A DNA stretch of 63,685 bases, counting the filler, from Chiloscyllium plagiosum (lineage: Eukaryota): assembly GCF_004010195.1 (NCBI RefSeq). It is 4 parts of one record of this genome, joined end to end, with 100 filler letters (N's around TTAATTAATTAA, not from the genome) between each part and the next. Parts side by side here need not be neighbours in the genome. Positions count along the whole stretch, not along the records: positions 29,841 to 51,453 come from NC_057710.1; 3 more parts are not named here. One strand, 5' to 3'. Made by a program: the position numbers and the translations under genes. Positions 37,510 to 51,006 of this stretch are shown here, piece by piece (within the stretch, counting starts at the first letter, position 1; every line of letters starts with the position of its first letter). Under the pieces are notes generated by a model. That model worked only from the letters and a program-made list of their open reading frames with translations. It was not told the DNA's origin and did no database searches.

Positions 37510-38050
37510 AAAGCACTTGAAGGTACTTAGGCACTAAACACAAAACTAGCACACGGATGCAGCAGGTAATCAAAAAGGCCCATGGAATATAGCCCTTATT
37601 TCAAGGGGGCTACAGAATAAGACTGGGGAAGTCTTCCTGGAACTGTACAATGTGCATGTAAGATCACTTCTGTCAATAGTTTTCATCCCCTAATTTCAGG
37701 AAATATGTCATTTCTTTGGAGACAGCTCAGAGAGGGTTCACGAGGATGATCCCTGGAATGGAGAGATTGTTTTATGAACAAAGATTAAACAATTTGGGAC
37801 TGTACTCACTGGGGTTTAGAAGAATGAATGGTGATCTCATTGAAACATATAAGGTTCTTATGGGCTTGACAGGTTAAATACTGAAAAGATGTTTCTTCTC
37901 ATGGGAGAGTCTACAACCAGTTGGCATAATTTCAGAATAAAAGGATGCCAATTTAAGATTGAAATGAGGAGACCTTGAATATGTTTAAGGCTGAGATAGA
38001 TTCTTGATCAGTCAGGGAATCAAGGGAATGGGCAAGTGTATCTGAGGAAT
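37510..38050 (+). mobile_element. CR1 3' fragment (old)
   Basis: RGFTRMIPGMERL and FRRMNGDLIETYK. Confidence 0.8.
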
Positions 38051-40120
38051 GTCTTTTTAAAAAAATAAATGGACATGTTGCCAGAGTAGGCATAGAATGC
38101 AATGCAGTGACTGGAAAATTTCTGTATGGAGTACATCCAGCTTCAGAAAACCATGGATTGTTGTACCTTCAATAGTGTCAAGGAATTTCAGAAAAATTCA
38201 GTTCAAAAGGTGTTTTAATTTCTGTCTTCTTTTGGAACAGGCTATGTCATGCTTTTCCCAAGCTCTCCAATTGTAAAAAACAATTTTAATGTGACCCACA
38301 ACAAACTGCCTTTGGGGTTAAATCAGAAGTATGATTGATTCATTAATTCAAACCCAAGGATGATCATTGTGACACAATAACATAATAGGAAGATTAAGGA
38401 AAGAAAAAATGACTTACATACCAAAGATATGGAAATTAATCCACATCAACATCAGAGTCCAGAAAGTTGGTGTCAAGTGAGGATTTCTTTAATAGGAAAT
38501 CAGATTCAGGCCCATTCCACTGGTCGAAGTAAGAATTGTAGAATTCCTTTTTAAGCTGATGAAGCTGCAACAAGATTAAGTTGGCATACAGGTACTTGGT
38601 CCCTTTTTGAGAAGATACAAGATTTTTCTCAGATTTTTTTATCACCTCTTCAGAAATCACACCTCTAGAACAAATGGGACTTGAAACTGTGAAAATTCTG
38701 GTTTAGAGGCAGAGAATCTATCATTGCATGACAAATGGCTTAGGTTTCTTTCAACCAAACCATTGTTTCTCTGTGGCCTGAATTGCAGACAGACTTAGCT
38801 AACAGCTTGGAGACTGGTTTTCTGTTGATGGTTTCATCAACAAGGCTCCGTGTTAATAGCAGATAGAAATAAGTTCTCCAGAAATTGCCATTAAAATTTT
38901 CAGAGACCAGACATTGTTGTGTGACATTGATCCAGAATGAGTCCAGTAGATTAGTGAAGTAAGTTTCTATGTTCTTGGTCAAAGACCTTTGTTCATTGAA
39001 GGTGTAAGTGTTTTTTTCTTACCAGTCGCATTGGGATGTAATACCATCCACTGTTCTTTCACGTTTTTTGACTGCATTGTTCACACAACGCAAGATGTGA
39101 GATTCTCATAGGATGGGTGTTTAATTTAGTTCTTTGCAATTAATTTGCTGTATGTTTCTGGAACTATGGGTAACTTAAAAATTATGCAAACAGTAGCAGC
39201 CATTTCTGTTCGGCAAAGTCCATTTCAAAGTAAACGAAGTACAGCTTTTGAAAAAATTCATGATCACTTCCATATCTTGTAAGCATAGCAGTCAAATGCT
39301 GCTTACTTCCATTAATCAAAACCACAAACTGATCATCTACAGTATTTCCCTAACTGACCAAGTGAGTGTCACTTAGTGATCCTGCTAATGTGGTTATTTT
39401 TCTCACTCAATTATCAATTTGCTTTTCTTGCCTTATTAATTTTAACCGGTGGCCTTGGATCTTTTAATATGGTTGCACACATTTTTGTTTCTTTTTCACA
39501 CAATGTTCACTAATATTAGGCCGGTCCTGGATTTGTTCTCCTCTCTTTTCCGTTGTGGTTTTGTTTTGTGCATGCTTTGTTGTGTTCACCTGCCTATATT
39601 TTCACTGATACTGAATAGGTTGAATGCACCAATAACCTATAACCTTCTAATTTCAGCTCTCACTGAACAAAGATCAGCCTTTTTCCTTTGTTAATTAGCA
39701 TGTGGCTTTCAAAGACAAGGGGGATGGGGTGGGGGGCAGGGACAGTTTTAAGGGAAGAATATCATCCAAAAAAATCAGTTTAGCAACATAGAGTAATGCA
39801 TAATGGCATCATTATATATAGAAATTGTGTGTTTCATTGTCTAGCTTAATGGCAGGGAAGCATGTTTCAGCTATATTCTTTTTGAATTTTGAAAATCATG
39901 AGATCTTTATCAGCCACCAGACTAGCTGAAGAAAATTAGGGGTAAAATACTTGTTATACACCATTTCTTTCAGCAGCTTCTCTCCAGCAGATTGCTTACT
40001 AATGCCAGAATGCAATGCAGAATGATGTGTTCAGATAAATGATCAAGGTGAGTGCAAGTGTGTTCAGATATTATGTCCTTACAATTCAGTCACTAGCCTG
40101 AAACTCTATTCTGTTCACTA

Positions 40121-40740
40121 CAGGTAGTTCTCCTACAATACAGTAGCTGCATTTCTGTGCAACACCATGTTATAGAAAATCGCACAATATAAATAATGGG
40201 GCCTATGGAAAAACCAGGGGTGACCCGCCAAACATATCAGTAAAAATCAAAACAAAAATGATAGCTAGCCTAACACAAATGATAGTACAGTCTAAGTAAA
40301 TCTTTAAATCATAGATTTTAATGAAATAATGCAGTAAATGTAACACTTTAACACTAAAATCACTGACTACAGCATTGAATGTTTTACGGAGCTCTTCACT
40401 AAAAAGCGTGAGAGCCGTCTGACCATGTGATGCCGACGTGGAAGTCCAGTCCTCATCAAGATTCTAGGCAGTAGTTCTTAACTGGTAAACGATGGGTGTA
40501 GATGGATTTACTTGGCCCTATTGAGGAGATGATGCTGACTATCACTGGAAAGGAACATGACAAACAATGAGAATGATGGCACTTTCATGCCAAATCTACC
40601 TTCCTACATCCCATTTCCTCCTCATTTCTTCTGATTCCAAGTTGCATGTATTGTAATTAGGCAACTGTTCCTTCCCACTGCTCCCCTGCTTCCCTCAGCA
40701 TAACCTTACCCTTCTTTCAGATACTCCAGTCATGCCACCT
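40121..40740 (-). mobile_element. Tigger-like element end (one TIR visible; inner boundary uncertain)
   Basis: TA followed by caggtagttctccta, resembling the reverse complement of the right TIR of 11076-11833. Confidence 0.55.
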
Positions 40741-41580
40741 AGCAAGGTAGTGCAGGAGTGTGCCTCACTAACTTGATCAAGTTTTTTGAGGAGGTAACGA
40801 AATGATTGATGTTATCTACATGAACTTCAGTAAATCCTTTGACAAGGTTCCTCAAAGCAGACAGGTACAAAACGTGAAGTCACATGGCATCAGAGGTGAG
40901 CTGGCAAAATTGACACAGAACTGGATTAGTCATAAGAGACAGAGGATAGCAGTGGAAGGATGCTTTTCGGTATGCAAGGTTGTGACTAGTAGTGTTCACA
41001 GGGATCAGTGCTGGGGCCGCTGCTGTTCATGATCTACATAAACGATTTGGAGGAAAATGTAGCTGGTCTAATTAGTAAGTTTGTTGACAACACAATGTTG
41101 GTGGAGTTGTGGCTAGTGAGGAAGACTGTCAGAAGTTACAGCAGGATATAGATCAGTTGGAAGTCTGGGCAGAAAAATAGCAGATGGAGTTTAATCTGGG
41201 TAAATGTGAGGTGAAGCATTTTGGAAGGTCAAGTGCAGGTGGAAATTATGCAATGAATGGCAGAACCCTGAGGAGTACTGATATGCAGAGGGATCTGGGT
41301 GTGCAGGTCCACATATCACTGAAAGTGGCAGCTCAGGTAGATAAGGTAGTAAAGAAGGCCTATGGCATGTTTGTGATCATTGGAAGGGGCATTGAGTATA
41401 AGGATATGCAAGTCATGCTGCAGCTTTAAAGAACTTTAGTTAGGTCACACTTGGAATATTGGGGTTGGAAACAGGGGAGCAGTGGGAAGGAACAATTGCC
41501 TAATTACAATACATGCAACTTGGAATCAGAAGAAATGAGGAGGAAATGGGATGTAGGAAGGTAGATTTGGCATGAAAGTG
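40580..41580. repeat. 114-bp inverted duplication (40580-40693 / 41467-41580, 2 mismatches)
   Basis: cactttcatgccaaatctacc...gctcccctgcttcc versus ggaaacaggggagc...ggtagatttggcatgaaagtg. Confidence 0.95.
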
Positions 41581-42000
41581 GTGCTGGAAAAGCACAGCAG
41601 GTCAGACAGCATCCGAGCAGCAGGGGTATCGACATTTTGGGCATAAACCCTTCATTCCAAGGTGGAGAGGTTAATTACCATAGAGCACAGTTTCAATTGG
41701 TGGGGGCAGGGGGGCACAGGGTGGGGGATGTTGGTGGATAAATTAAAAGAGATGTGCAAGGCAAGTTTTTTACACAAAGGGTGGTGAGTGCCTGCAACTT
41801 GTTGTCAGAGAAAGTGGTGGAAGCAGACAATGCAGCATTCAAGAAGCATTTGGACATATACATGAATAGGAAGGGAATACAGGGATACGGATCCTGTAAA
41901 GGAAGACAGTCTGAGTATGGAAGGGCAAAATGTGTTGGTGCAGGCTTGGAAGGCTGAAGGGCCTGTTTTTGTGCTGTATTGGTCTTCATTCTTTGTTCAA
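40760..42000 (+). mobile_element. CR1 RT fragment, interrupted at about 41461-41660
   Basis: FSKSFDKVP, MEFNLGKCEV and GKFFTQRVVSACNLL. Confidence 0.88.
41577..41660 (-). mobile_element. Family A partial arm
   Basis: gtggtgctggaaaagcacagcaggtcagacagcatccgagc...gggcataaacccttca. Confidence 0.75.
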
Positions 42001-42644
42001 GAGAAGTAATAGATGGATGATGGCAAAATAACTTCATCCAATCTCCATACCTGTAGTCACTGGCACTGCATATAAATTAAAGGGTGGTATGGAGACATGA
42101 TTCACACATGATCAGTTACCAACCCCGAGTGACCTGTTGGGGAGGAAGGTACTGCTGAAGTCTCAGATGAAGGTGTCAATGGGGAGAATATAGAAAAAGG
42201 CAGATGGGCTTGCACAGTGTAACTATCAGTGCGTTGCTGCTAGACATGTATGGGTAAACCTGCCCAATGCCACTGTTGACAAGCTTTTAGGAGTTTAGCT
42301 TCAACCTAGCACAAAGCTTTGTACAGAGCTTGGAGTATATCTTTTCCAGTGTAGATGTGTTAAAATTCATGAGAACACTTGTAGATGCAACTATGATGCA
42401 GCATTTGATAACCAATGCCTATATTGCTACTATTGCTTTAGACTTAGATACCTGCCACCAACGACAAAGGTTATCAGTGTCTTAACACTCTGGTCATTTG
42501 TGTTTGAGATTACCAGGATTGCTGAGATGCTGCTCCAGAAGGTGACATTTGGCTCCACAACAGGAACCTACAATCCTTCCTCAGCATGTCAAATAACTTA
42601 TCCTCCTATCAATGCTATGCCTGCAATTTCCTTACTGTGTTGTT

Positions 42645-43130
42645 TAGAACATGACAGCTTGGAAATAGACTCTTTAGTCCATGCCGACCATGTTCCCAAT
42701 CCAAGTAAGTCCCACTTGCCTGCATTTGGCCCATATCCATCCAAAGCTTTCCTATTCATGCACTTATCCAAATGTCTTTTAAACCTTGTAACTGTACCTG
42801 CATCCACCACTTTCTCTGGCAGTAGATTCCATACACAAACCACACTGTTAAAAAAAATTGCCCTTCATGTCTTTTCTACCATTTGTGAACACAAAGACCC
42901 CAGCCTAGAGAAAAGACCCTTGCTATTGACCTTGTCCATATCTTTCATGATTTTATAAACCTGTTTAAGGTCATCCATCAACCTCTGACACTCCAGGAGA
43001 AAAAAGCCCCATGCCTACCTAACCTCGCCTTATAACTCAAACCCTCCAGTTTTGGCAACATCCTGGTAAATCATTTCTGAGCCTCTCCAATTTAATAATA
43101 TCCTTGATATAGCATGGTGACCAGAACTAT
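42645..43130 (-). mobile_element. CR1 3' fragment
   Basis: VWNLLPEKVVDAGTVTRFKRHLD. Confidence 0.85.
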
Positions 43131-43149
43131 ATATAGTAGTCCAAAAATG

Positions 43150-43420
43150 CACAGTCTTCCCCAAATCCTGTAACCCCATATTTCGCATGGCTATCCAACA
43201 TAGCCTGCACATTCATGGATACTATGAGCAATTTAGTATGGCCAATCAACCGAACTGCACATCTTTGGGCTGTGGGAGGAAAGCAGAGCACATGGGAGAA
43301 ACACATGCAGACATAAGGAAAATGTACAAACTCCACACAGAAAATCACCCAAGGCTGGAATTGAACCTGGGTCTCTGGCACTGTGAGGAAGCAATGCAAA
43401 CCACTGAGGCACCATGCCAC
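43150..43420 (-). mobile_element. HE1-like V-SINE
   Basis: tRNA-like head at about 43350-43420 and V-domain. Confidence 0.82.
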
Positions 43421-45923
43421 CTAATGCTTTATCTTTTTTTAAATAGTTGCGCATGGCATCCTTGATATCCTAGCTCCATGTAGATGACAGAGTTTTAGTA
43501 CATGGTGATCATCCTTTTCATTGATCTATCTTCTCATATGTCTCTTTAGGATTTTTCAACTTTGAGAACTGAGTGTAATCTGCTGATTTCCTATAATAAA
43601 GCTGATCGTCTCATTTCAGGATTGACCTCTGTTTCTTCGATACTTCTACATGCCCCATCTGAATGGTTTCCTGTAGAGGCAAACCTTCTTTTGATTGCAA
43701 TGAATATAGCAAACACTCATCAGCAATCTCAACCACAACTGTCTTTTATAGTAACTAACTTGAATTATCTGTAGTCACATTTTTCTGCTGAAGAGAATGT
43801 TAATGTTCATAAAATTGTTCTGCATTCGTCTAGATGCCTATCTCTTTAATTTAATTGTCAGAGGCTTTCAGAACATCTTCAAAGGAATCTATTCCTCGTT
43901 TTGTGCCTCGGGAAGCTATGACATCAAACGTTATAGTCCAAATCAAACATGACAGTAAATTTACTTGTCCAGCTTTTGATTTAGTCTCTAATTTGGAAGC
44001 AATTCTCTTTCTTTAGAATCTTTTTTTCTCTAGCTGGTCAACTCTGTGTTTCATTTGACTCATCTCTGAAACTGAATCTTCCAGGCAATATTACTGATGC
44101 TGCAATGATTATTTATTTTTCTTCATTTAAAGGTTTTTGATACTGCAGTTTATCAATGCTGTTATTGTGTGCTGCTGCTCAACTACACTTTTAGAGTCAA
44201 AATGAGGGTCTCTGTCTTCTGCAATTTATTATAATAATAGAAAAATGGATATCAATATTTAATTTGTAATTTATGATTCTTAATACCTGAGAGCTCTATG
44301 GTCTAAAGGGTCTTTAAATAAAGAAAATTAGCTGCCATGATTATCTCTCTACATTTTAAAGCAAGATATATGAAGTTTGTGTGAGGTATAAAACATCCCA
44401 TCTGCACTGAAATTACCATTTCATCCAAAGACAGTGAAACCAGATAACTAAGTCAACTTCAAGAAATTTGCATTCTGTTTAACTTGCTCTTGCATGGTAA
44501 ATTCACATACTGGGAGTTGAAAGGTTACCTGAATGTACAAAGGAGCAGCAAAGCAGACAGGAAAATAAATATGATTTGAAAACAAGAACAGCAATTGGGT
44601 AATATCTCTCGGTCTCTATCTCTGTCTCTGTCTCTCTTTCTCTGTGTCTTTGGTGCCTGGTGAAACAACAAATTGGGTCATCAACAATTCACTGAGTAAT
44701 CAAGATCTACAAACGTTGCTGCTCCTGGAGAATATGAGTCAACAATTAAACACATGGCCTCAGTTTTAAACTCTAACATCTCAAAGACTACAAAGATTTA
44801 AAACAGAACAGTGTAACCTAATGTTTCTATACGTACTACACAATTTTTCAATGTTATTAACTGTGTTTGTGCATGTTTGACAACATGCTTTTAGCTTTCT
44901 TCCAGAATTAAAATAATAAAACTTTTTCTTCAATTCAAGAAAACTTTGTCATTTGGCTCCTTCATGTTGATCGAGTTAATTATATTCTGATTGAAGTGTC
45001 ATGCTAAAATAAAATAAGCAAAAGTATTTATTATTACCGACTCAGAGGAAGTTTAAAATAGGAAAACTAATTTCCCTCTCCTCATCAGGTCATACCAGGC
45101 TAAAGTAGAGGCTTCCTACCTTCTGCAAGTAAATTTGACAATTCTGATTTCTGTGGGTAGAATGGATTCTTTCTGGATTTTGTTTTGTGTGATTTCTCTG
45201 GATGCATCTGCTAAATATGGCCTCATAAAAAATTGCCACTTCTTTTATTGAATTACTGAATGAAATCCAGCTTTAATCACACTACATATTCTCTTAACAA
45301 CTTTACTGAATGAATCTCACTCTTTATTGCACAATAACATGAATCCTGTTCCTTTTCACAGATTGTCATGGACGACTCGTATTGTTTTCAGTACTGTTAA
45401 TAATTCTAGTTGCTTTACATTTTATTCCTGGATGAGTTTTGCTGTCTGTGGTTTGAATAAATGATTCCTGCCTTTATCACAGTTTAAATAATAGATGTCC
45501 CTTTTCTATGGCCACTCTAGTATTCTAAGCCTTGTCTTCCATTAGACTTTCACTGTTTATGCCTCACAGATTGATGAAGGGGCATCATGTTTGACAAACG
45601 TAATGGAGGTTTTTGAGAATGTTATTACCAGAATGGCTGCAGTCAACTAGTGGATGTGATGTACTTTCAGAAGGCTTTTGATTAAATCTAACCTAGCAGA
45701 TTAGTAAACAAAATTAAAATATACAATAATATACTAGCATTGAGGATTGCTTAACTGAAATAACTGTAGAGAGGCCAGTATCCTGTCGGTAAATTACCCT
45801 TTAATTATTTTCACACAGTCCATTGGCTATGACCAGCAGTTTGGAATCAGTCCCTGAGGTGAGAAGATTCTGAATCCCCTGTTTAATATATATAGATATT
45901 CATGTCTATCCCCTGTTTATATT

Positions 45924-46971
45924 TTTTTTTTCCTGGTTATATTATTTTATTAAACAAATTACAAAACAGTTTACAAAAAAAACATTAACAGCTGTACACA
46001 AGAGACAGCAATTTTACAAGGGAGAGGAGCAGCAAAGCTAGGCCCCAAACCCTACCGTTCAACCATTTTACAGGGAGAGGAGGACAAACCTGAAATCCCA
46101 GTTCCACATATGACAAGACAGTGACAATGACATTTGTACATTAGACAATACCGTTACATACAAAAGTACAGACAATACAGACCCAGCAAGCCCCCACCCC
46201 TCCCACCTTCCGAGCTTCTAGTTATATTNNNNNNNNNNNNNNNNNNNNNNNNNNNNNNNNNNNNNNNNNNNNNNNNNNNNNNNNNNNNNNNNNNNNNNNN
46301 NNNNNNNNNNNNNNNNNNNNNNNNNNNNNNNNNNNNNNNNNNNNNNNNNNNNNNNNNNNNNNNNNNNNNNNNNNNNNNNNNNNNNNNNNNNNNNNNNNNN
46401 NNNNNNNNNNNNNNNNNNNNNNNNNNNNNNNNNNNNNNNNNNNNNNNNNNNNNNNNNNNNNNNNNNNNNNNNNNNNNNNNNNNNNNNNNNNNNNNNNNNN
46501 NNNNNNNNNNNNNNNNNNNNNNNNNNNNNNNNNNNNNNNNNNNNNNNNNNNNNNNNNNNNNNNNNNNNNNNNNNNNNNNNNNNNTTGCACCTCCGACCAG
46601 TGGGCTATCCTGGCACACCTTTCGGCCACCTCTAGGACAGCCCGTCCCCTTCCCTGGGACGACAGCGTGTAGGGTAGCCCACAAGCCTTCCGGATCTCAG
46701 CCCACCCCTACCTGCCTTCTGGCTCTCGGCTGCTCTGACACCTTTCGACCACCTCTAGGACAGCCCGCCCTGGTACCCGCCCAGGGTGACAGCAGTCAGG
46801 ACGGCCTACCCACCTTCCGGCTTCACTAACCACCCTCAGCACCTTTCGACCACCTCTGGGGCAGCCCGCCCCGGTACCTGCCCGGGGTGACAGCGCCGAG
46901 GACGGCTACCCGCCTTCTGGCTCTCGGTCTGCCCCTAGGTACCATTGGGCTCTCACCCACCCCGTTGCACC
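45924..46971 (-). mobile_element. Polyadenylated retro-insertion with 16-bp TSD and GC-rich tandem-repeat 5' region (spans a 356-N gap)
   Basis: atcccctgtttatatt at 45908-45923 and 46972-46987; T-run and TTTATT at the left end; three repeats of cacctttcg(g/a)ccacctct(a/g)gg(a/g)cagcccg. Confidence 0.75.
46229..46584. other. Assembly gap (356 N, no linker)
   Basis: Run of N. Confidence 1.
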
Positions 46972-47379
46972 ATCCCCTGTTTATATTGGTCAGGCAGGGA
47001 TCCATGGTTGGCTCAGGTTAACAACCCCAATCAAGGTCCTTGTACTCAATGAGATCAACCTGGTTTCAATCGCGACAATAACAGACAGAAAACAGAGAGT
47101 AGGAATAAATTAGGATAGATTGAAGAAGTTGAAACTGTTCTTCTTGGAGAGAAGAAGGCTGAGAGGAGATTTGGTAGAGGTTTTAAAATCATGAACGGAC
47201 TGGACATAGTAGACAGAAAAGTATTCCCTGTTCATAAAAGAAAAGAAATGAAATTGAATCAATTTAAAATGATGTGCAAACAGAGCAAGAATGATGTAAG
47301 AAAAAGCATTTCCATACATTGAGTGATTGAGTTATGGAATACACTGCATGATAATATGAAGGATGTCATACCTGGCACA

Positions 47380-48480
47380 TAGGTAAATGATTGTGGCTAT
47401 TTGACTCAGTCAGCTCAGCGCTAGAAATTCCTCAGGGTAGTGTCCTGGATCCAACCATGTTCAGCTGTTTTATCAGTCACCTTATTCTCACCATAAAGTC
47501 AGAAATGGGAATGTTTGCTGATGAGTGCACAATGTTCATCATCATTTGCGACTCCTCAGATACTGAAGCAGTCCATATCCAAACACGTAACACCTGGGCA
47601 ATAACCAGGCTTGGGCTGGCAAGTAAAATTCATGCCGCACAATGGCCTGACAAAGACCATTTCAACAAGAGAGAATCTAACCACAATCCATTGACATTCA
47701 ATGACTTTACCATCACTGAATCCTCTAGTCTCAACACCCTGGGGATTGCCATTCACCAAACATTCAGCTGGACTCACTACAGAAGTACTGTGGCTACAAC
47801 AGCATTTCAAAGGTCAGGAATACTATGGCAAAAAATTCACCTGCTGACTCCCTAAAGTCTGTCCACTGTCTACGAGGCACAAGTCAGGAATGTGACGGAA
47901 TGCTTCCTACTTGTTTGTATGGGTGCAGCTCCATAAACATCCAAGAAGTTTGACAGCAAAGCACCTGCTTGATTGGCTCCACATCCACAAATATTCATTC
48001 CCTCCACTACTGATGCTGAGTACCTGCAGTATGATGTTGCAGTGCCTGTGTTGAACTGGAGTGGACAAAGTTAAACATCACACAACACCAAATTATAGTG
48101 CAACAGTTTTATTTGGAAGTACTTCCAAATAAGCCTGTTGCATTATAACCTAGTGTTGTGTGATTTTTAACTTTGTCTATCTGCAGTTTAAATTAGTTAC
48201 GAGATGCACCAAGGTTTCTCAGGCATCACCTTCCAAACCCAGGAGCACTAGCTTTTGGAAGGACAAGGGCAGCAAATACATAGGAATACCACTAAATACA
48301 GGTTTCTATTCCAAACCACTCAATATCATGACTTGGAAATATTGGCCATTCCTTCAGTGTTCCTGGGTGAAAATCTATGAACTCCTTTCTTATAAGCACT
48401 GTGCACCATCATCTTTTCGAGGGCAACCAGAATGGGCAATAAAGGCTGGCTATCATGCAGTACCCATGAACGAATGAATA
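47380..48480 (+). mobile_element. CR1/L2-clade LINE RT and 3' tail (second family)
   Basis: ORF 47391..47855 gives IPQGSVLDPTMFSCFISHL...GMFADECTMF. Confidence 0.85.
48031..48177. mobile_element. Family B fold-back element nested in the LINE
   Basis: gacaaagttaaacatcacacaacac...ggaagt|acttcc...gtgttgtgtgatttttaactttgtc hairpin; flanks ta(c/t)ctgcagt. Confidence 0.78.
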
Positions 48481-48639
48481 AATAATTTTAAAAATGATGA
48501 TGATTCATTTGCTACAGTAATGGTTACTACACCAGTCCCTGATTTCACATCCTGAGGGGTTTGCCATTCACCAGAAACACAACTGTACGTGTCACATAAA
48601 CACCATGACTGCAAGAGCAGGTTCCACACAAGAATGTAA

Positions 48640-49490
48640 GGACATATGAACTAAGAGCAAGAGTTGGCAATTCAACCTCTCGAGTCTGCTCTGCCATTTA
48701 ATGTAATCATGGCCAGCCTCATCTCAGTCTCAATTCCACTTCTCTGCTCACTTTCCATAACCCTTCAATCCATTACTAATTAAAAATCTGTCTACTTAAA
48801 TTTACTCGATGTCCAGGGATACATTAATCTCAAGGGCGGTGAATACTAAAGATTCATGATCCTTTGAGAGAACTAATTCCTTCTTATTCCTGTTTTAAAT
48901 CTGCTACCCCTTATCCTAAACTATAACCTCTCTTTCTAGACTGCCCCATGAGGGGAAACATCCTTTTCATGTCTACTGTGTCAATCCCCTTTAACATCTT
49001 ATATACCTCAATTAGATCTCCTCTCATTCTTCTAATGGCTGGACAGTATAAGTCTAAACCGCTGAATCTCTCTTCATTAGACAAGCCCCTCATCTCTAAA
49101 AAAAAATCTGGTGAGATTCCTGTGAATTGACTCCAATACAACTACATCCCACTTCAAGTAAGGCAACCATAATTGCACACAATACTCCAAGTGCGATCTC
49201 ACTAATGCCTTGTTTAGTTGCAGCAACACCTCCCTACTTTTATACACTATTCATATAGCAATAAATGCCTTAATTTGCCTCCCTTATTTCCTGTTGTACT
49301 TGCATACTAGTTGTTTGTAATTTATGCATGAAGACACCCAAATCCTTCTGTGCTGAAACACTCTGACTGTTCTAGCCATTTAGATAATAGGTTGCCTTTA
49401 TATTCCTCCAACCAAAATGGATAACATCACACTTAATCACATTAAACTTCATCTGCCAAATCTTGGTCCATTCACCTCTACTATTCATAA
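48640..49490 (-). mobile_element. CR1 3' fragment
   Basis: RRMRGDLIEVYKML. Confidence 0.85.
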
Positions 49491-51006
49491 TAATTTTTAC
49501 ATTTCTTATTTGTTCATTGCAACTTCCCAGATGTTAGTGTCAAATACATAATTGCATGAGTGTCCTTTTGCTGCTAAACAGCACACACAGCAGCAAAACG
49601 ATGGGTGCTGCAGAATTGAATTTGCACTGTTATCCTTTGCATTGAATATAGTATGATAAAAGTCAACCAGCTTCAATGATCAACTTATCAGAAGTAAAGG
49701 TTTCTCACAGATATTGAGGTGCACAAATACGTACAAATGGGAAAACTGACTGCACGGATGTGGGTCCCATTATAAATGTATGTGATGTAATCCTGAAGTG
49801 TTTAGCTTTGATCATTTCTTGCCTGTTAGTGATTCCTTAGAGATACCTCATAACTCTCAGTCTGTCACAATCTTTCCTGCTTGCATTCTGTCAATACTGC
49901 TATGGTCATTAAGTCGGCTGCACCTTTCCCTCAAATTCCTTCTGAACTCTTGCATGCTTTTTCCACTCCCTGGATTTATACTTTGTCAAAATAACGTCCA
50001 TAGTAACTGTCACTGGACTTTAAACTAATTCATTCTCTCTGAAGTGATTGAGAAATTTCTGAGATATGATAAAGCATTAAAAAATATAGTCTTCTTTTCC
50101 TGACAGTTTGAATCATTTTCACTGACTTCTTTTCTTCGAATCTCTAAACTACAGAATTTGTTCTACCTTGCTTTGGTCACCTCGCAGTTCTTCTATACAC
50201 ATTGTTCTTGACGATTGTAGAGAGAGTGGAAGAGTCCAGCTCAGTGTGAGCATTGCAGGGCATGGTGAGGATGGATTTGCACATGTTTCATGAAACATAT
50301 TTGAACAATCAATTGAGTCCATGATCATATTAGTAAAACATCTAGATGCCAACACATCTGAAGTTGTAAATAGGATTAGGAAGACTTAGCCTTCACTTTA
50401 AAGTGCTTTGCTTATTGATGCAGGGCTACCTCACATGAGAGTTGTGGGAATGAGATGTGGCCATGACAGGAAGACACTGAAGTGAAATTTCCACTCAAAA
50501 TATTACCACCTCCGCCATATTAATCTTACTTCAGCTAACATCAGACAAGCTACCTCCTCTCCTGTGGATGAAATCTGACCAGAGTAATGACAGGTGGAAT
50601 AATTTTTGCCAGGGTCCTCATGGGCTCAAACAGTGGGAGGTTATCAGCAGGGTATAATGTAGCAAGGAGCCAAGTGCATCCACATCTTCTGAAGCCACAG
50701 ATGTTGCATTGTGTAAGAGTGGAAGGAAAAGGAAAAGCTTAGCTTTTGCACAAGGACACTCATATAAGTATATGTAAAATATTTCTGTCATTAAATTTCT
50801 GTTTACTACAATCACATAATTTATTACCTTACAACACATTCTTGTGTGCCTATTCTTGGTTGTTTGGTGACTACTTGTGTTTCTAATTGTGTGTTGATCA
50901 TTGAAAAGATAAAGGAAAGGCAGGGTTTCAATGGAAAGTTTACAAGTTTGCTTTGTATCAGTGAAGCTTTTGGAGAATGACTATTACATGTTACTGTTAC
51001 TTCAGT

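Larger units (their letters stand above)
45756..47077 (-). mobile_element. Solo LTR (TG...CA) inserted in an old CR1, itself interrupted by a polyadenylated insertion
   Basis: Starts TGaaataac, ends cgcgaCA; flanks ttaac / ataac; host CR1 resumes as gacagaaaacagagagtagg. Confidence 0.6.

Noticed and set aside
46134..46829. Longest ORF in the track (231 aa) and overlapping minus-strand ORFs
   Set aside because: Artefacts of translating through the 356-N gap.
46615..46930. GC-rich repeats with spacers as a CRISPR-like array
   Set aside because: Vertebrate context, the 'spacers' are homologous to each other, and there are no cas genes; it is a degenerate tandem repeat.
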